Origin: an uncultured Candidatus Saccharibacteria bacterium
GTDB taxonomy: Bacteria > Patescibacteriota > Minisyncoccia > Phycocordibacterales > DAORIS01
Direction of reading: 5' to 3'
DNA length: 64,000 nt
Assembly: GCA_964644035.1 (NCBI GenBank)
Contig: CAZXUH010000001.1
Coordinates: 461,720-525,719, forward strand
In this document: one piece after another, positions 8,317 to 18,678 of the stretch
Layout: every line of letters starts with the position of its first letter
Position numbering within the stretch: the stretch's first letter is position 1
The notes under the pieces: generated by a model
Database searches by the model: none
Seen by the model: only the letters and a program-made list of their open reading frames with translations
Told to the model about the DNA's origin: nothing
Program-made: the position numbers and the translations under genes

Positions 8317-9774
8317 TTATTTCTCCAAATCTAAAACTTCATCGATACGAATCTTGGCCACAAATTCTGGGACGTGACTGACAAGAATCATTGCTCCTTG
8401 GTACGTATTGAGGGCTTCGGCTATAACCGGCAAATGACGGAAGTTAATATGATTGGTCGGTTCATCGAGAATAAGCAGTCCTGGCTTTTGCAGTACAAGA
8501 CGGGCAAATGCTACCAAACCTTTTTGACCTTCAGAGAGATCTCCTATTTTTGTTTTAATCAGCTCGCCTGTAATAAGAAAGCCTGCAGCAGTTGAACGCA
8601 AAGTTTCTTCGTGAGGCTTTTCCATTGCACTCCAGAGAGAATCATAGACAGTGTCTTCAAAATTGAGCGTCGAGAAATCCTGACGATAATACCCTACTCG
8701 CACACCAGAGCTTATAACAGCGCCGGCAGATGTGCTGAGGGCAAGTGACTCAAGCAACGTGCTTTTGCCAATACCATTGGGACCCTTGAGCAATAGATGT
8801 CGATTTCTTTTCAAAGATATTTTTGTTTTTCTGCTGACTGGCTTATGAGTCTTTGGGTTTATCGTCGTAAAAGAATTGATAGAAAGTATTTCCCCGACAA
8901 ATTCTGGCTGAGCTGGAATACTAAAAGGTCTAATCGTCTTATCTTCTCTACGTACATCAACTTTTTCTTCTTCAAGCTCTTCGGCTTTTTCTCTCATGCA
9001 TTTTGCTACGAGACGCATTTGACCGCCTTTGTTGGCAAAAAAGTTTGCCTTGTCTTTGTTTTCCTGAATTTCTTTTGCCAACTGAGCATTTTTCCTATTT
9101 TCTTTTTCAATACGAGCAGAAATTTCTTCGAGTAAGTCGAAATAGTTGCCGACATACTGTTCTACTTTTCTCGTGAAGACATCCAGATACAAGACGCCGT
9201 CGGTAAAAGAGTTTAGGAAATCAGCATCGTGAGAAATCACCAAGCATGTCTTTTTATAATTCTTAATGAAGTCTGTCAGATGAGCGATGCCGGCTTTGTC
9301 GAGATTGTTTGTCGGTTCATCGAGCAAAAGCACATCGGGATCTTGTATGAGCGCTGAAGCAAGCAAAAGTCGTGCTTGCTGTCCTCCAGAAAATGTTTTG
9401 ATAATTCTATCGTGCGGAGCGTGGAGATTGACGACATCGAGCACTGCATCGATTTTGGGATCGATATCATAGATTTTTGTACTAAAATTCTTTTCGAAAA
9501 ATTCCCTGACAGTCAACGTCATTTCATCACGAGGAATGACCTGTCGAGAGATAGCAATCGTCGTACCACGTCCAATATGAATCTCACCATCCTCCGGAGA
9601 GAGCTCTTGAGTGATCATTTTGAAAATCGTGCTCTTACCAGCGCCGTTTTGGCCCATGATCGTGACCTTGGAACCCTTGCGCACCGAAAAACTCACCTCT
9701 TGTAGGATGGGTTTGTTCTCTCCGTACTCAAACGATACATTGTCGAATCTGACGATAACCTCTTCTTTAGCCAT
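8317..9774 (-). CDS. ABC-F family ATPase
   Basis: Two ABC cassettes (GQNGAGKS/FSGGQ/LDEPTNNLD; GPNGIGKS/LSEGQ/LDEPTNH), helical linker, no TM. Confidence 0.9.
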   Translation of the reverse strand: MAKEEVIVRFDNVSFEYGENKPILQEVSFSVRKGSKVTIMGQNGAGKSTIFKMITQELSPEDGEIHIGRGTTIAISRQVIPRDEMTLTVREFFEKNFSTKIYDIDPKIDAVLDVVNLHAPHDRIIKTFSGGQQARLLLASALIQDPDVLLLDEPTNNLDKAGIAHLTDFIKNYKKTCLVISHDADFLNSFTDGVLYLDVFTRKVEQYVGNYFDLLEEISARIEKENRKNAQLAKEIQENKDKANFFANKGGQMRLVAKCMREKAEELEEEKVDVRREDKTIRPFSIPAQPEFVGEILSINSFTTINPKTHKPVSRKTKISLKRNRHLLLKGPNGIGKSTLLESLALSTSAGAVISSGVRVGYYRQDFSTLNFEDTVYDSLWSAMEKPHEETLRSTAAGFLITGELIKTKIGDLSEGQKGLVAFARLVLQKPGLLILDEPTNHINFRHLPVIAEALNTYQGAMILVSHVPEFVAKIRIDEVLDLEK

Positions 9775-9831
9775 TGCTCCACACGTTACCATTAATCGCT
9801 TCTTATACCTACTGTGTTAGGATGCTCGTAT

Positions 9832-11076
9832 ATGAATGAAGATTGGGATGTAGTGGTTATTGGTGGCGGTCCTGCAGGTATGATGGCAGCCGGCAGAGCG
9901 GCAGAACGTGGTGCAAAAGTGCTACTTTTGGAGAAAAATGACAGCTTGGGAAAGAAGCTGCTCATCACAGGAGGCGGCAGATGCAATGTCACCAATGCCG
10001 AGCTCGACACCAGAAAGCTTTTGGCAAAATTCAAAGATAATGACAAATATCTTTTTTCTGCTTTTTCGCAATGGAGTGTAAAGGAAACACTGGATTTCTT
10101 TCACTTGAAGCAAATGGATACGAAAATAGAAAATCTATTGCGTGTATTCCCTGTCAGCAACAAATCTCAGTCTGTTTGGAATGTACTTGTAGAATATTTG
10201 CAGCAAGGCAAGGTTACCGTGCGATCAAATACTCCTGTTACCGGTTTTGAAACTGAAGGCAACAATATTGTCGCAGTAAAACTTAAAGGAAAAGAGAAAA
10301 TATCTGCCAAGCAATTTATTTTGGCTACTGGTGGCAAATCTCGTCCAGAAACAGGTTCGACTGGGGATGGTTTTGAATGGTTGAAACACATCGGACATTC
10401 TGTCGCCGAATCGGACGCAGCGCTCGTGCCAATTGCTATCAAAGATGAATGGGTCAAACGTCTGCAAGGCGTGACGCTACAGAATGCAAAAATCACTCTT
10501 TTGCAAAATGACGCCAAACAAGCCACGAGTGCTGGCCGAGTATTGTTTACGCATTTTGGAATTTCGGGTCCAACCATACTCAATATGAGTCGCGACGTGA
10601 GCGAACTTTTAAAATACGGCGACGTCGTAGTATCACTCGACATACTTCCCAACCTCGACTATGGTCAGCTCAATGAAAAGCTTCAAGAAGTGTTCAAAGA
10701 GCATAGCAATAAAAAATTCAAAAATAGTTTGAGTACTCTCGTCTCTCCTGCCCTCGCACCAATCGTTGTCGAGCTTTCAGGTATTGATCCTGAAACCTGG
10801 AGTCATAGTGTCACACGTGAACAGCGTCTCGAACTTGTACAATTTCTCAAGGCAATACCACTGCACGTCGAAGGATTGCTTGGGGTTGAAAAAGCAATCG
10901 TCACTTCAGGCGGCGTAAAGCTCGATGAAGTCGATTTCAAAACTATGCGTTCACGTCTTTTCCCAAATCTTCTTTTGGTTGGAGATATTTTAAATATCGA
11001 TCGCCCTTCTGGTGGCTACAGCCTACAACTATGCTGGACCACAGGTTTCGTAGCGGGCAATTCGATTACTCTATAG
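9832..11076 (+). CDS. HI0933/BaiN family NAD(P)/FAD-dependent oxidoreductase
   Basis: GGGPAGMMAA, GKKLLITGGGRCNVTN, TGSTGDG, LFTHFGISGP, GGYSLQ. Confidence 0.93.
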   Translation: MNEDWDVVVIGGGPAGMMAAGRAAERGAKVLLLEKNDSLGKKLLITGGGRCNVTNAELDTRKLLAKFKDNDKYLFSAFSQWSVKETLDFFHLKQMDTKIENLLRVFPVSNKSQSVWNVLVEYLQQGKVTVRSNTPVTGFETEGNNIVAVKLKGKEKISAKQFILATGGKSRPETGSTGDGFEWLKHIGHSVAESDAALVPIAIKDEWVKRLQGVTLQNAKITLLQNDAKQATSAGRVLFTHFGISGPTILNMSRDVSELLKYGDVVVSLDILPNLDYGQLNEKLQEVFKEHSNKKFKNSLSTLVSPALAPIVVELSGIDPETWSHSVTREQRLELVQFLKAIPLHVEGLLGVEKAIVTSGGVKLDEVDFKTMRSRLFPNLLLVGDILNIDRPSGGYSLQLCWTTGFVAGNSITL

Positions 11077-11085
11077 GATATTTTC

Positions 11086-11475
11086 CTACCTCCCCTCGAC
11101 TTCTTTTTCATACAGATTTGCCTCAAGTTTTTCTTTTCTCAGTTCAACTCTGACGATTGCAAATAGACTCATATACACATTGGCGATAGCAACGAGACTA
11201 AAACCTGAAATGATATACCCTCTCCAATCATCGAAAAGTAGTTTGTACCCAGTCAAAATAAGAAATGCGATTGTTACATAATGACTAAAACAGTATTCGC
11301 AGGTAAATAAATAGAAGAATTTTCTGGTAAAAAGAGATTTGCCAATTTTACTTTTCCTAACACACCACTCTCTCGGCTCGCGAAATATTTCTTCATGCGT
11401 AACTGTCCACGATACTGCCGCAACGGGCAAAGCGATTACAAAAAGATAGATAATATCAAACCAGATTTGGTTCAT
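11086..11475 (-). CDS. Conserved membrane protein with CxxC
   Basis: WTVTHEEIFREPRE, YLFTCEYCFSHY; TM segments; start trimmed to MNQIW. Confidence 0.75.
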   Translation of the reverse strand: MNQIWFDIIYLFVIALPVAAVSWTVTHEEIFREPREWCVRKSKIGKSLFTRKFFYLFTCEYCFSHYVTIAFLILTGYKLLFDDWRGYIISGFSLVAIANVYMSLFAIVRVELRKEKLEANLYEKEVEGR

Positions 11476-11535
11476 AAATATAAATATTAGAGTATAAATT
11501 AACTGTATCACCCTGAATATTTTATTCAATCCAAA

Positions 11536-11564
11536 TTGACAACTATCCTCCAAACACATAATCT
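11536..11564 (+). promoter_or_regulatory. Sigma70-like promoter for the IMP cyclohydrolase-like gene
   Basis: TTGACA-N17-TAATCT. Confidence 0.55.
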
Positions 11565-11600
11565 GTGACGCAGAACCTTAACCCCTTTTGGAGGATAGTT

Positions 11601-12359
11601 ATGGGCAAGTACGATAGCAATATTGCACGACAGAACTTTGAAGCATTGAGCAAGAATCCTTATCCAGGCCGAGGCATCGTCGTTGGCGTGGATGAGACGG
11701 GAGAAAGTATGATTCAGATTTACTGGATCATGGGCAGGAGCGAGAACAGCCGAAACCGCATTTTCAGCGCCGACAAATCATTCCTGGGCCGGATCTTTAC
11801 GGAGCCCGTCGACGCGTCAAAAGTCACCGACCTGAGCCTCACCATTTACAATGCAATGGACGAGGCTCACGGTCAGTGCATTGTCAGCAACGGCAATCAG
11901 ACCGATACTGTCACTGAGCAGCTCAAGAGCCGGAAAACTCTCGGCCTCGCATATATGCTCAGGGAATGGAAATACGAGCCTGATTCACCCAACTTCACCC
12001 CGCGCATTACCGCCATCAGCTCTTTTGGGATCGATGGCAAGTCAGATCCGCAAGTCTCATTTCTCACACTTAAAAAATGTGCGAACAATGACAGCTGTCA
12101 ACAAATTGGTCAGATGCACTTCTCGATCCAAAAAGGCTTCGGCTTCTGTGTCACCACCTACACCGGTGATGGCAATCCCTTGCCTTCGTTCGACGGCAAT
12201 CCGCTGCTCATGCCACTGACTGGCAATTCTGAAGCGATTGCCCAGACGTACTGGCGTGCACTCAACGAAGAAAACCGTGTCTCGCTCGTCGTCAAGACAA
12301 TCCCCCGCTCAAGTCCGACGACGGTTCGGATCATCAATAAGTTCAGCAAAATCGCCTGA
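11601..12359 (+). CDS. IMP cyclohydrolase-like protein (PurO-type)
   Basis: YPGRGI, YWIMGRSENSRNR, IVSNGNQTD, YEPD.PNFTPRI, TY.GDGNPLPSF.G; GGAGG SD. Confidence 0.85.
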   Translation: MGKYDSNIARQNFEALSKNPYPGRGIVVGVDETGESMIQIYWIMGRSENSRNRIFSADKSFLGRIFTEPVDASKVTDLSLTIYNAMDEAHGQCIVSNGNQTDTVTEQLKSRKTLGLAYMLREWKYEPDSPNFTPRITAISSFGIDGKSDPQVSFLTLKKCANNDSCQQIGQMHFSIQKGFGFCVTTYTGDGNPLPSFDGNPLLMPLTGNSEAIAQTYWRALNEENRVSLVVKTIPRSSPTTVRIINKFSKIA

Positions 12360-12371
12360 TACTTCACACCA

Positions 12372-12437
12372 AAACCCCCGAGAAAATTCTCGGGGGTTTA
12401 TTATTTGTATAAAAAAACTTCCGGACAATTCCGGAAG
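12372..12437. terminator. Two back-to-back terminator hairpins between convergent genes
   Basis: CCCCCGAGAA-AA-TTCTCGGGGG and CTTCCGGA-caat-TCCGGAAG. Confidence 0.7.
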
Positions 12438-12456
12438 TCTTGAGATCGATAGAAAA

Positions 12457-12705
12457 CTAATACCCGCGTCTCGCAGGATGCGAACGCAATCTTCTATCGG
12501 GAAAGCCATGTTTTCTCTCTCGCGCAGCGTGATTCTCCCGTATTTCAACCGCTGCCTCAGCAATAGCTCGGATCTCATCCTCGTCACCGCGCACGAGAGC
12601 GCTGCGCAAGATACGCAGAACGTTCTGAGAGTTTTCTGTCGCACTATCGACTGTTTTTTGCTCGATCAGTGGGTCGAGAGCTTCCGCCAATTCAACTTTG
12701 TTCAT
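12457..12705 (-). CDS. Orphan hypothetical protein
   Basis: ORF with AAAGGA SD and its own terminator. Confidence 0.55.
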   Translation of the reverse strand: MNKVELAEALDPLIEQKTVDSATENSQNVLRILRSALVRGDEDEIRAIAEAAVEIRENHAARERKHGFPDRRLRSHPARRGY

Positions 12706-12798
12706 AACCAAGTCCTTTCGTAGAGGGTTTATTGATCCGCTGCTAATATTACTCGGAAAGCAGCCTTGTGCAAGATGCAGATAAAAAATTAGATTGCA

Positions 12799-13362
12799 TC
12801 AAACAGACAGTTCTTTTAATATTTTGCTGACCTCTTCGATTGGCAAACCAATGATATTTGACTCACTTCCCTCTATTCTTTCGACAAACTTATGACCATT
12901 GAGTTGGTACGCATACGCTCCTGCTTTTTTAAGAGCTTCACCTATTTTTGTATATTCAACAATTTCTTCTGCTGGAATTTTTCTAAACCAAATTTTTGTT
13001 TCAACCGATTTAGTAATTTCTTTTTTATGTTTAGTATCAATCACAGTCAAACCAGTGATCATTGAGTGCATATTTCCACTTAGCATCGACAACATTTCTA
13101 TTGATCGATCTTCGGTGTGAGGTTTACCCAAAACTTGACCATCAAAAACTCCGAGAGTATCTGCGCCAATAACAATCGCATCTTGATGTTTAGCAGCTAC
13201 AGATCTCGCCTTACCTAGAGACAGATGCATAGTGAGCTGCTCTGGAGACATCGGCAATGTCATATCTTCCTCAAAATTACTTGGAATAACTTCAAATTCA
13301 ATACCTGCATCCTCAAGCACTTTTTTCCTTCCTGCAGATTCTGAAGCGAGAATTATTTTCAT
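12799..13362 (-). CDS. maf: Maf family nucleoside triphosphate pyrophosphatase
   Basis: IILASES..R, VIGADT, LGKP, KAGAY, IEG...NIIGLP. Confidence 0.93.
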   Translation of the reverse strand: MKIILASESAGRKKVLEDAGIEFEVIPSNFEEDMTLPMSPEQLTMHLSLGKARSVAAKHQDAIVIGADTLGVFDGQVLGKPHTEDRSIEMLSMLSGNMHSMITGLTVIDTKHKKEITKSVETKIWFRKIPAEEIVEYTKIGEALKKAGAYAYQLNGHKFVERIEGSESNIIGLPIEEVSKILKELSV

Positions 13363-13372
13363 ATAATTTATT

Positions 13373-13879
13373 TTATTGCCCATTCTCCCAAGTTCGAGCC
13401 ATATATCGAGCTTTATTTCCAGACAATACATATAAGGCTTTCTCAACATTGCGATCACGAGCTTCTTTGGATTTGAGCCACGATAGATATCTTAAAATTT
13501 CTTTCTTTCGACTTGGAATCAGGGCTTCCCAGGCTTTCTTGGCAATCTTATTTTTTGATAAAGGAATTCGAAACCACGATGGTATCGGATGCATCGGACC
13601 ATTTTTATATTTCTCATCAAAAGATATTTCTACTTTGACCATATCTCCTACTTTTGTACGAGAAGCCTTACGCACATCGCCATGCAAATATAAGTAAAAA
13701 TTCCCATCACCGATCGGCATCATATTGATGCGCCAGGCTTTTTCAGGCTTACCATTGATCCTGATCAATACAGGAAGTGCTTTTCGCCATTTGGATCTAA
13801 TAGTAGCGACTTGCGCGGCACTGACATGCACATATGGATTGCCGTTGTATATCTTTATTTCAGAAGTAAACTTGAGCAT
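13373..13879 (-). CDS. DUF1905/YdeI-OmpD-associated family protein
   Basis: N-terminal beta domain (VGDMVKVEI) plus AWEALIPSRKKEILRYL..LKS.EAR. Confidence 0.8.
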   Translation of the reverse strand: MLKFTSEIKIYNGNPYVHVSAAQVATIRSKWRKALPVLIRINGKPEKAWRINMMPIGDGNFYLYLHGDVRKASRTKVGDMVKVEISFDEKYKNGPMHPIPSWFRIPLSKNKIAKKAWEALIPSRKKEILRYLSWLKSKEARDRNVEKALYVLSGNKARYMARTWENGQ

Positions 13880-13903
13880 TTACTCATTATATCAATTGAA
13901 GCT

Positions 13904-15139
13904 CTACTCGTATCGGAGAGCTTCCATCGGACTTTTTGCAGCCGCGCGTTTTGCGGGATAGATACCAAAGGCGAGACCGATAGCAGCTGAAACACCAAGA
14001 CCAAGGAGTGCTGCAGAGATTGGGAATGCAAATGTCCAACCAGCTGCGACATACGTACTCAGAACTATCGATGCCAGAAATGATATACCTGCTCCAAGCA
14101 AGATTCCGATCACACCACCAAGACCGGTGAGCATGACCGATTCAATAAGAAATTGAGAAAGAATATCACCTTCGGTCGCTCCGAGAGCTTTGCGAAGACC
14201 GATTTCACGCGTACGTTCTGTAACCGACACAAGCATGATATTCATAATACCAATACCTCCGACAACAAGAGAAATACCAGCAACAGATCCAAGGAGTGCT
14301 TTGAGCACGGTCGTAATTGTTCCAATGATTTCTACAGCATCGGCTTGAGTCGTAATATGAAAGTCATCATCTTTTGCATCAGTAATATCGTGAGACTCAC
14401 GAAGCGTGGCTTTGATATCAAAAAGTACACGAGGTAATATTTCTTTTGTTTCGGCGCGCACGATAATAGCATTGAAATGATCAGCGCCGCTGAGATATTG
14501 CTGTACGGTTGTATACGGAATGACAACCATTTTATCGACATTGAGAAGTGATTGGCCTTCTTTTGGAAATATACCGATCACCCTAAATGACTGATCTTTT
14601 ATTCTTATACTCTGCCCTATCGGATCGGATAGTCCGAAAATATCTTCTTTGATTTCTGCACCGAGCACCACGACACGTGATTTCTGCCTGACATCATCGA
14701 TAGTGAAAAATTCTCCAATATTTGGGTAGATCGTAAGAATATCTTCAAATACTTCAGACGCTCCAGTGACAGCTCCACGCTCTGTCTTGCCTTCATACAA
14801 AATAGTGACTGGCACCGTAACAAGCGGTGTCATATCTTTTACACCCTGGACATTTGAAGGTTTGCTGAGTGCATCGATATCTCTCTGTTTGAGAGAGTCT
14901 GTATAAAGTTCGGCATAATCGGACGGTCCGCTTGGCTGTTTGCCTGGTTCGATATTGATCGTTGTCGCACCAAGACCTTCTACTTGTTTAAGAATAAGAT
15001 TTTCTGCTCCCTGACCCATGGCCATGACGATGATGATCGATGTAATACCGATCACGATACCAAGAATCGTAAGAAGTGATCGAGATTTGTTTGTCGAAAG
15101 ACCAGTATATGCAGTTTTTACTCTGTGTTTGAGAAGCAT
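13904..15139 (-). CDS. MacB-like ABC transporter permease
   Basis: RSLLTILGIVIGI; GGIGIMNIMLVSVTERTREIGLRKALGA; PMEALRYE. Confidence 0.93.
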   Translation of the reverse strand: MLLKHRVKTAYTGLSTNKSRSLLTILGIVIGITSIIIVMAMGQGAENLILKQVEGLGATTINIEPGKQPSGPSDYAELYTDSLKQRDIDALSKPSNVQGVKDMTPLVTVPVTILYEGKTERGAVTGASEVFEDILTIYPNIGEFFTIDDVRQKSRVVVLGAEIKEDIFGLSDPIGQSIRIKDQSFRVIGIFPKEGQSLLNVDKMVVIPYTTVQQYLSGADHFNAIIVRAETKEILPRVLFDIKATLRESHDITDAKDDDFHITTQADAVEIIGTITTVLKALLGSVAGISLVVGGIGIMNIMLVSVTERTREIGLRKALGATEGDILSQFLIESVMLTGLGGVIGILLGAGISFLASIVLSTYVAAGWTFAFPISAALLGLGVSAAIGLAFGIYPAKRAAAKSPMEALRYE

Positions 15140-15140
15140 A

Positions 15141-15857
15141 TTATTTTGAGAAATTATCAGCTGCGATTCGGCGATTGTCGACTCTCTTATCGCTTTCTAT
15201 ATTTCCGTCTTTGATTCTAATCGTTCTCTTGGCATGTTCGGCTGTCGATGTTTCGTGAGTAATAAGCAAGACAGTGTGTCCCTCATCATTGAGTTTCTGA
15301 ATAATTTCCATAACAGCCTTGCCTGATTTTGAATCAAGGTTGCCTGTTGGTTCATCGGCAAAAATAATACTTGGATTGTTTACCAACGCTCTTGCAATAG
15401 CAACACGCTGCTTTTCTCCACCAGAGAGTTGTGCTGGTTCAAAATCAATACGATGCGAGAGTCCTACTGCATCGATAGCTTTTCGAGCACGTTCATTCCA
15501 CTCTGATTCTGGAACATCAGAATATAGAAGTGGCAGTTTTACGTTTTCCAATACTGACGTACGAGCCAAGAGATTGAATGCTTGGAAAATAAAACCGAGC
15601 TTATTGTTGCGAATCTTAGCTACTTCTTCTTTGCTATATGTTGAGACTTCTTTGCCTTCAAAAATATATTCTCCACCCGTGTGAAGATCGAGAAAACCAA
15701 GAATCTGTAGCAAAGTAGATTTGCCCGAACCAGATGGTCCCATTACTGCCAAGAATTCTCCTTTTTCAAGAGTGAAATTGATACCGTGAAGTACGGGAGT
15801 TTCCGTACCTTCGCCATAATACGTTTTCTTAAGATTTTTTAATTCCAGAAGAGCCAT
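15141..15857 (-). CDS. MacB/LolD-like ABC ATP-binding protein
   Basis: GPSGSGKST, LSGGEKQRVAIARAL, ADEPTGNLD. Confidence 0.93.
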   Translation of the reverse strand: MALLELKNLKKTYYGEGTETPVLHGINFTLEKGEFLAVMGPSGSGKSTLLQILGFLDLHTGGEYIFEGKEVSTYSKEEVAKIRNNKLGFIFQAFNLLARTSVLENVKLPLLYSDVPESEWNERARKAIDAVGLSHRIDFEPAQLSGGEKQRVAIARALVNNPSIIFADEPTGNLDSKSGKAVMEIIQKLNDEGHTVLLITHETSTAEHAKRTIRIKDGNIESDKRVDNRRIAADNFSK

Positions 15858-15862
15858 GGATA

Positions 15863-17374
15863 TTATTTACCTTCGCTAAATACGATCACTTTGTCTCCTT
15901 CGGTCAAACCACTAATGATTTCCACACTACCGTTTGATCCACGAAGTCCTGTCTGAACTGGTTTGTCTTCTACTACTTCCCCTACCTGAACTTGGACATA
16001 TTTATTGCCATTCTTGATAAACACTGCACGCTGAGGAACAGCGAGCACATTGTCTTTTCTTTGTCCTTTGACGATAAGATTGGCGGTCATACCAGATTTG
16101 ATACGATCATCTTTATCTACGAACTGAAATGTAGTCTTGTAGGTGGCAACACCATCGACAACCGTTTCTGCAGGATCAATAGCGGTTACTGTAGCCTTAA
16201 ATACTACATCACTGTCATAGGCATCGAGTGTGACGTCGGTCTCAGCACCTAGAATGATTTTGGCCATATCAGCTTCTGGGACATTGGCTTCGATTTCAAA
16301 CTGATTTGCCGAGATAACAGATACAACAGGCGTTGAAGCTGAAATACTTTCTCCTACTTTTGCTTTTACATCGGTCACGATTCCATTGACTGGAGATTTA
16401 ATAGTTCGATTGTTGATCTGTACCAAGATATCCTGAATATCGAGTTCTGCTTGTTCGATATCGATTCTGCTTATCTGTGTGTCGCGATTTTCATTGTTGA
16501 TCGAACGACGAGATTCATTGATAGCATTTTGAACACGAGTGATTTCCGACAAGAATCCATTGGTGCTTGAAGTAAATTCGTCGAGCGTTGCAAGATCGCG
16601 ATCTATTTCATCGGGTACCGGAGCGTCGGTATTGTCTTTGACATATTTTACGAGCGTTCGGGTATCTTTGACGATATCCGAGAGTGTTTTAGTAATAGTG
16701 TATGTTTTAGCAAGCATGGCTTCGAGTGCTTCTGGTGATGCATTGCGAGAAAAGCCCGTATAAGAAGTTTCGACTACACCAAAAGAAATCTTTGCACGAT
16801 CAAAACGTGCTCCGATCGATTCTTTATTTTCTCGAGCATTGGTACTTATATTGCGAACATTTGTATCTGAGAAGTACGGAGAATATGAAGTTTGATAAAA
16901 TATATTGTCGAATTCAGAAATAATATCTGGCAATTCTACGAATGTATCCGAAATCGCATTGAAGCCATCTTCATATGTCTTAGCGAGTGTTTCTTGTGCC
17001 GTTGCTGCTGTTCCCTGTTCAAAAGCGAGTCGAGCCTTTGCCAATGCAGCTTGCTGACGTGCAAGACGTACTTGCAAATCGGCGCTGTCTACTCGGACCA
17101 ATATTTGTCCTGTTGTTACTTCCTGACCTACTTTGACTGCAACCGAAGATACCCTTCCGCCTGATTGTACTGAAAGTGCAACATCTTCTGCAGGACGTAC
17201 TCGGCCAGTAACATCTACTTCTTGTGAGACTGTCTGTGGAGCCAAAACAATCGTTTCGCCCTGCACCTTTGGCTTTCCTCCGCCAAATACAACAGCACCA
17301 GCAATAATCAACACCAAAATAAGAGTTGGTATCGAGAATTTGTAATTTTTTATGAATCGTTTAATTTTTCCCAT
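15863..17374 (-). CDS. Efflux adaptor (MacA/HlyD-like membrane fusion protein)
   Basis: TM anchor, lipoyl halves (GRVSSVAVKVGQEV; IKSPVNGIV), long coiled coil, SGMTA, GLTEGDKV. Confidence 0.88.
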   Translation of the reverse strand: MGKIKRFIKNYKFSIPTLILVLIIAGAVVFGGGKPKVQGETIVLAPQTVSQEVDVTGRVRPAEDVALSVQSGGRVSSVAVKVGQEVTTGQILVRVDSADLQVRLARQQAALAKARLAFEQGTAATAQETLAKTYEDGFNAISDTFVELPDIISEFDNIFYQTSYSPYFSDTNVRNISTNARENKESIGARFDRAKISFGVVETSYTGFSRNASPEALEAMLAKTYTITKTLSDIVKDTRTLVKYVKDNTDAPVPDEIDRDLATLDEFTSSTNGFLSEITRVQNAINESRRSINNENRDTQISRIDIEQAELDIQDILVQINNRTIKSPVNGIVTDVKAKVGESISASTPVVSVISANQFEIEANVPEADMAKIILGAETDVTLDAYDSDVVFKATVTAIDPAETVVDGVATYKTTFQFVDKDDRIKSGMTANLIVKGQRKDNVLAVPQRAVFIKNGNKYVQVQVGEVVEDKPVQTGLRGSNGSVEIISGLTEGDKVIVFSEGK

Positions 17375-17480
17375 GTGTATTGAGACTGATTTGATAAGTT
17401 TTAAAAGATTATAGCACGTTTTTCCAAAAAATCAATAGAAAATCTAGCAGAAAGCCGTGTGATCAACTTGCGATCAACTC

Positions 17481-17873
17481 CTAATAAGACGCTTCAGATG
17501 CCGCTTTATTACCCTTCAATCGAGCACCGAGCCAGACGCTAGGCAATGCCAGCACAACAAGTCCCCATGAATACCACGCTGGACCAAGATCAGCATTGGC
17601 AATAGCTCCTGCTGTACCTGCTACTAAACCGACAAAACCAAGAATAATTGCATGCTTCATAGGACGCTCCGGTGCAAGTGTTGCTGTTACGTAACCACCC
17701 AGCACTGTGTAGACCGTTCTATAAAACAATGCGAGCAAAAGAAGCGAATAACTGAACACCGCTCCATCTGGAAAAATATTGAATTTGTGAAGAATAGCGT
17801 CGGTACCAATAGAGAGAATAACTACTGTCAAAAATCCGAGAAAAATTGCTCCTATGCTTTTTAGTATTTTCAT
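17481..17873 (-). CDS. 4-TM membrane protein
   Basis: GGYVTATLAP.RPMKHA..LG, GPAWY. Confidence 0.8.
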   Translation of the reverse strand: MKILKSIGAIFLGFLTVVILSIGTDAILHKFNIFPDGAVFSYSLLLLALFYRTVYTVLGGYVTATLAPERPMKHAIILGFVGLVAGTAGAIANADLGPAWYSWGLVVLALPSVWLGARLKGNKAASEASY

Positions 17874-17893
17874 ATCGTTTGATTGTATCAAAA

Positions 17894-17921
17894 AAGCCGC
17901 GGGTAGTTTTCCCCGCGGCTT
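17894..17921 (-). terminator. Terminator after the HTH-receiver gene
   Basis: AAGCCGCGGG..CCCGCGGCTT with a T-run on the minus strand. Confidence 0.65.
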
Positions 17922-17933
17922 GGTTCATGGCGA

Positions 17934-18530
17934 TCAATAGAGAGACGCCATCACTTCTTGGATCCATTGGAGCATTTCCTTGGTCTGGCATGGCTGTCCA
18001 ATGACGGCGTCGAAGTTGTTGGACTTCACCCATTCAGGTCCGAGTTCGGACGCGTTCTTGCTCATCGCAATGAGCTTCGTCATCAACGTAGCCGCATTGC
18101 TTTTCACGAAGACCTTGATCTCAGTCGCCTTCTCGACATGATCGACGTTGACGAAGATAACGTGCGGCTGGAATTCTTGAATGACGACCGAAGACATGAG
18201 TCCAAACTTCGTTGTCTGGACCACATACCCTTCCTCCTTCTCGATAAGAGCCTTGGGTATTTCGTAGACGTCAGGATCGACATCAATAATGAGCACCCGC
18301 ACCTGCGGTCCGACCAGAAAAATTCGAAGATCTCTGAGTGGTATCCCATGCTTCTGCATGAATGGAACCAAGTTCCTGACCTCGACCCGCCGATCCCGGC
18401 TACCCGGCAATCGATACCCTTTCAACAGGTCTTTATCGACCCATTTACTGACAGTTCGAGGTGCAACATTGCAGATTTTTGCAATCTGACCCGTGGTCAA
18501 CGTTTCATCCTTTGCTACCACAGAACCCAT
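17934..18530 (-). CDS. Excisionase-type HTH plus degenerate receiver-domain regulator
   Basis: TTGQIAKICNVAPRTVSKW..G YRLPGSRDRR HTH; CheY-like C-terminal domain; GGAGG SD. Confidence 0.85.
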   Translation of the reverse strand: MGSVVAKDETLTTGQIAKICNVAPRTVSKWVDKDLLKGYRLPGSRDRRVEVRNLVPFMQKHGIPLRDLRIFLVGPQVRVLIIDVDPDVYEIPKALIEKEEGYVVQTTKFGLMSSVVIQEFQPHVIFVNVDHVEKATEIKVFVKSNAATLMTKLIAMSKNASELGPEWVKSNNFDAVIGQPCQTKEMLQWIQEVMASLY

Positions 18531-18678
18531 AACGTGCCTCCATTCGGTTAACAACGCGACTTTCGAGCCGCTCTTCTCGCCACACATTACAACACAAATT
18601 CGGGTTAGGCAATAATGGATCTACTTAAAATAAAGACGTCCAAGAAATTGGACGTCTTTAAAGTGATCAGTTCGGTTT

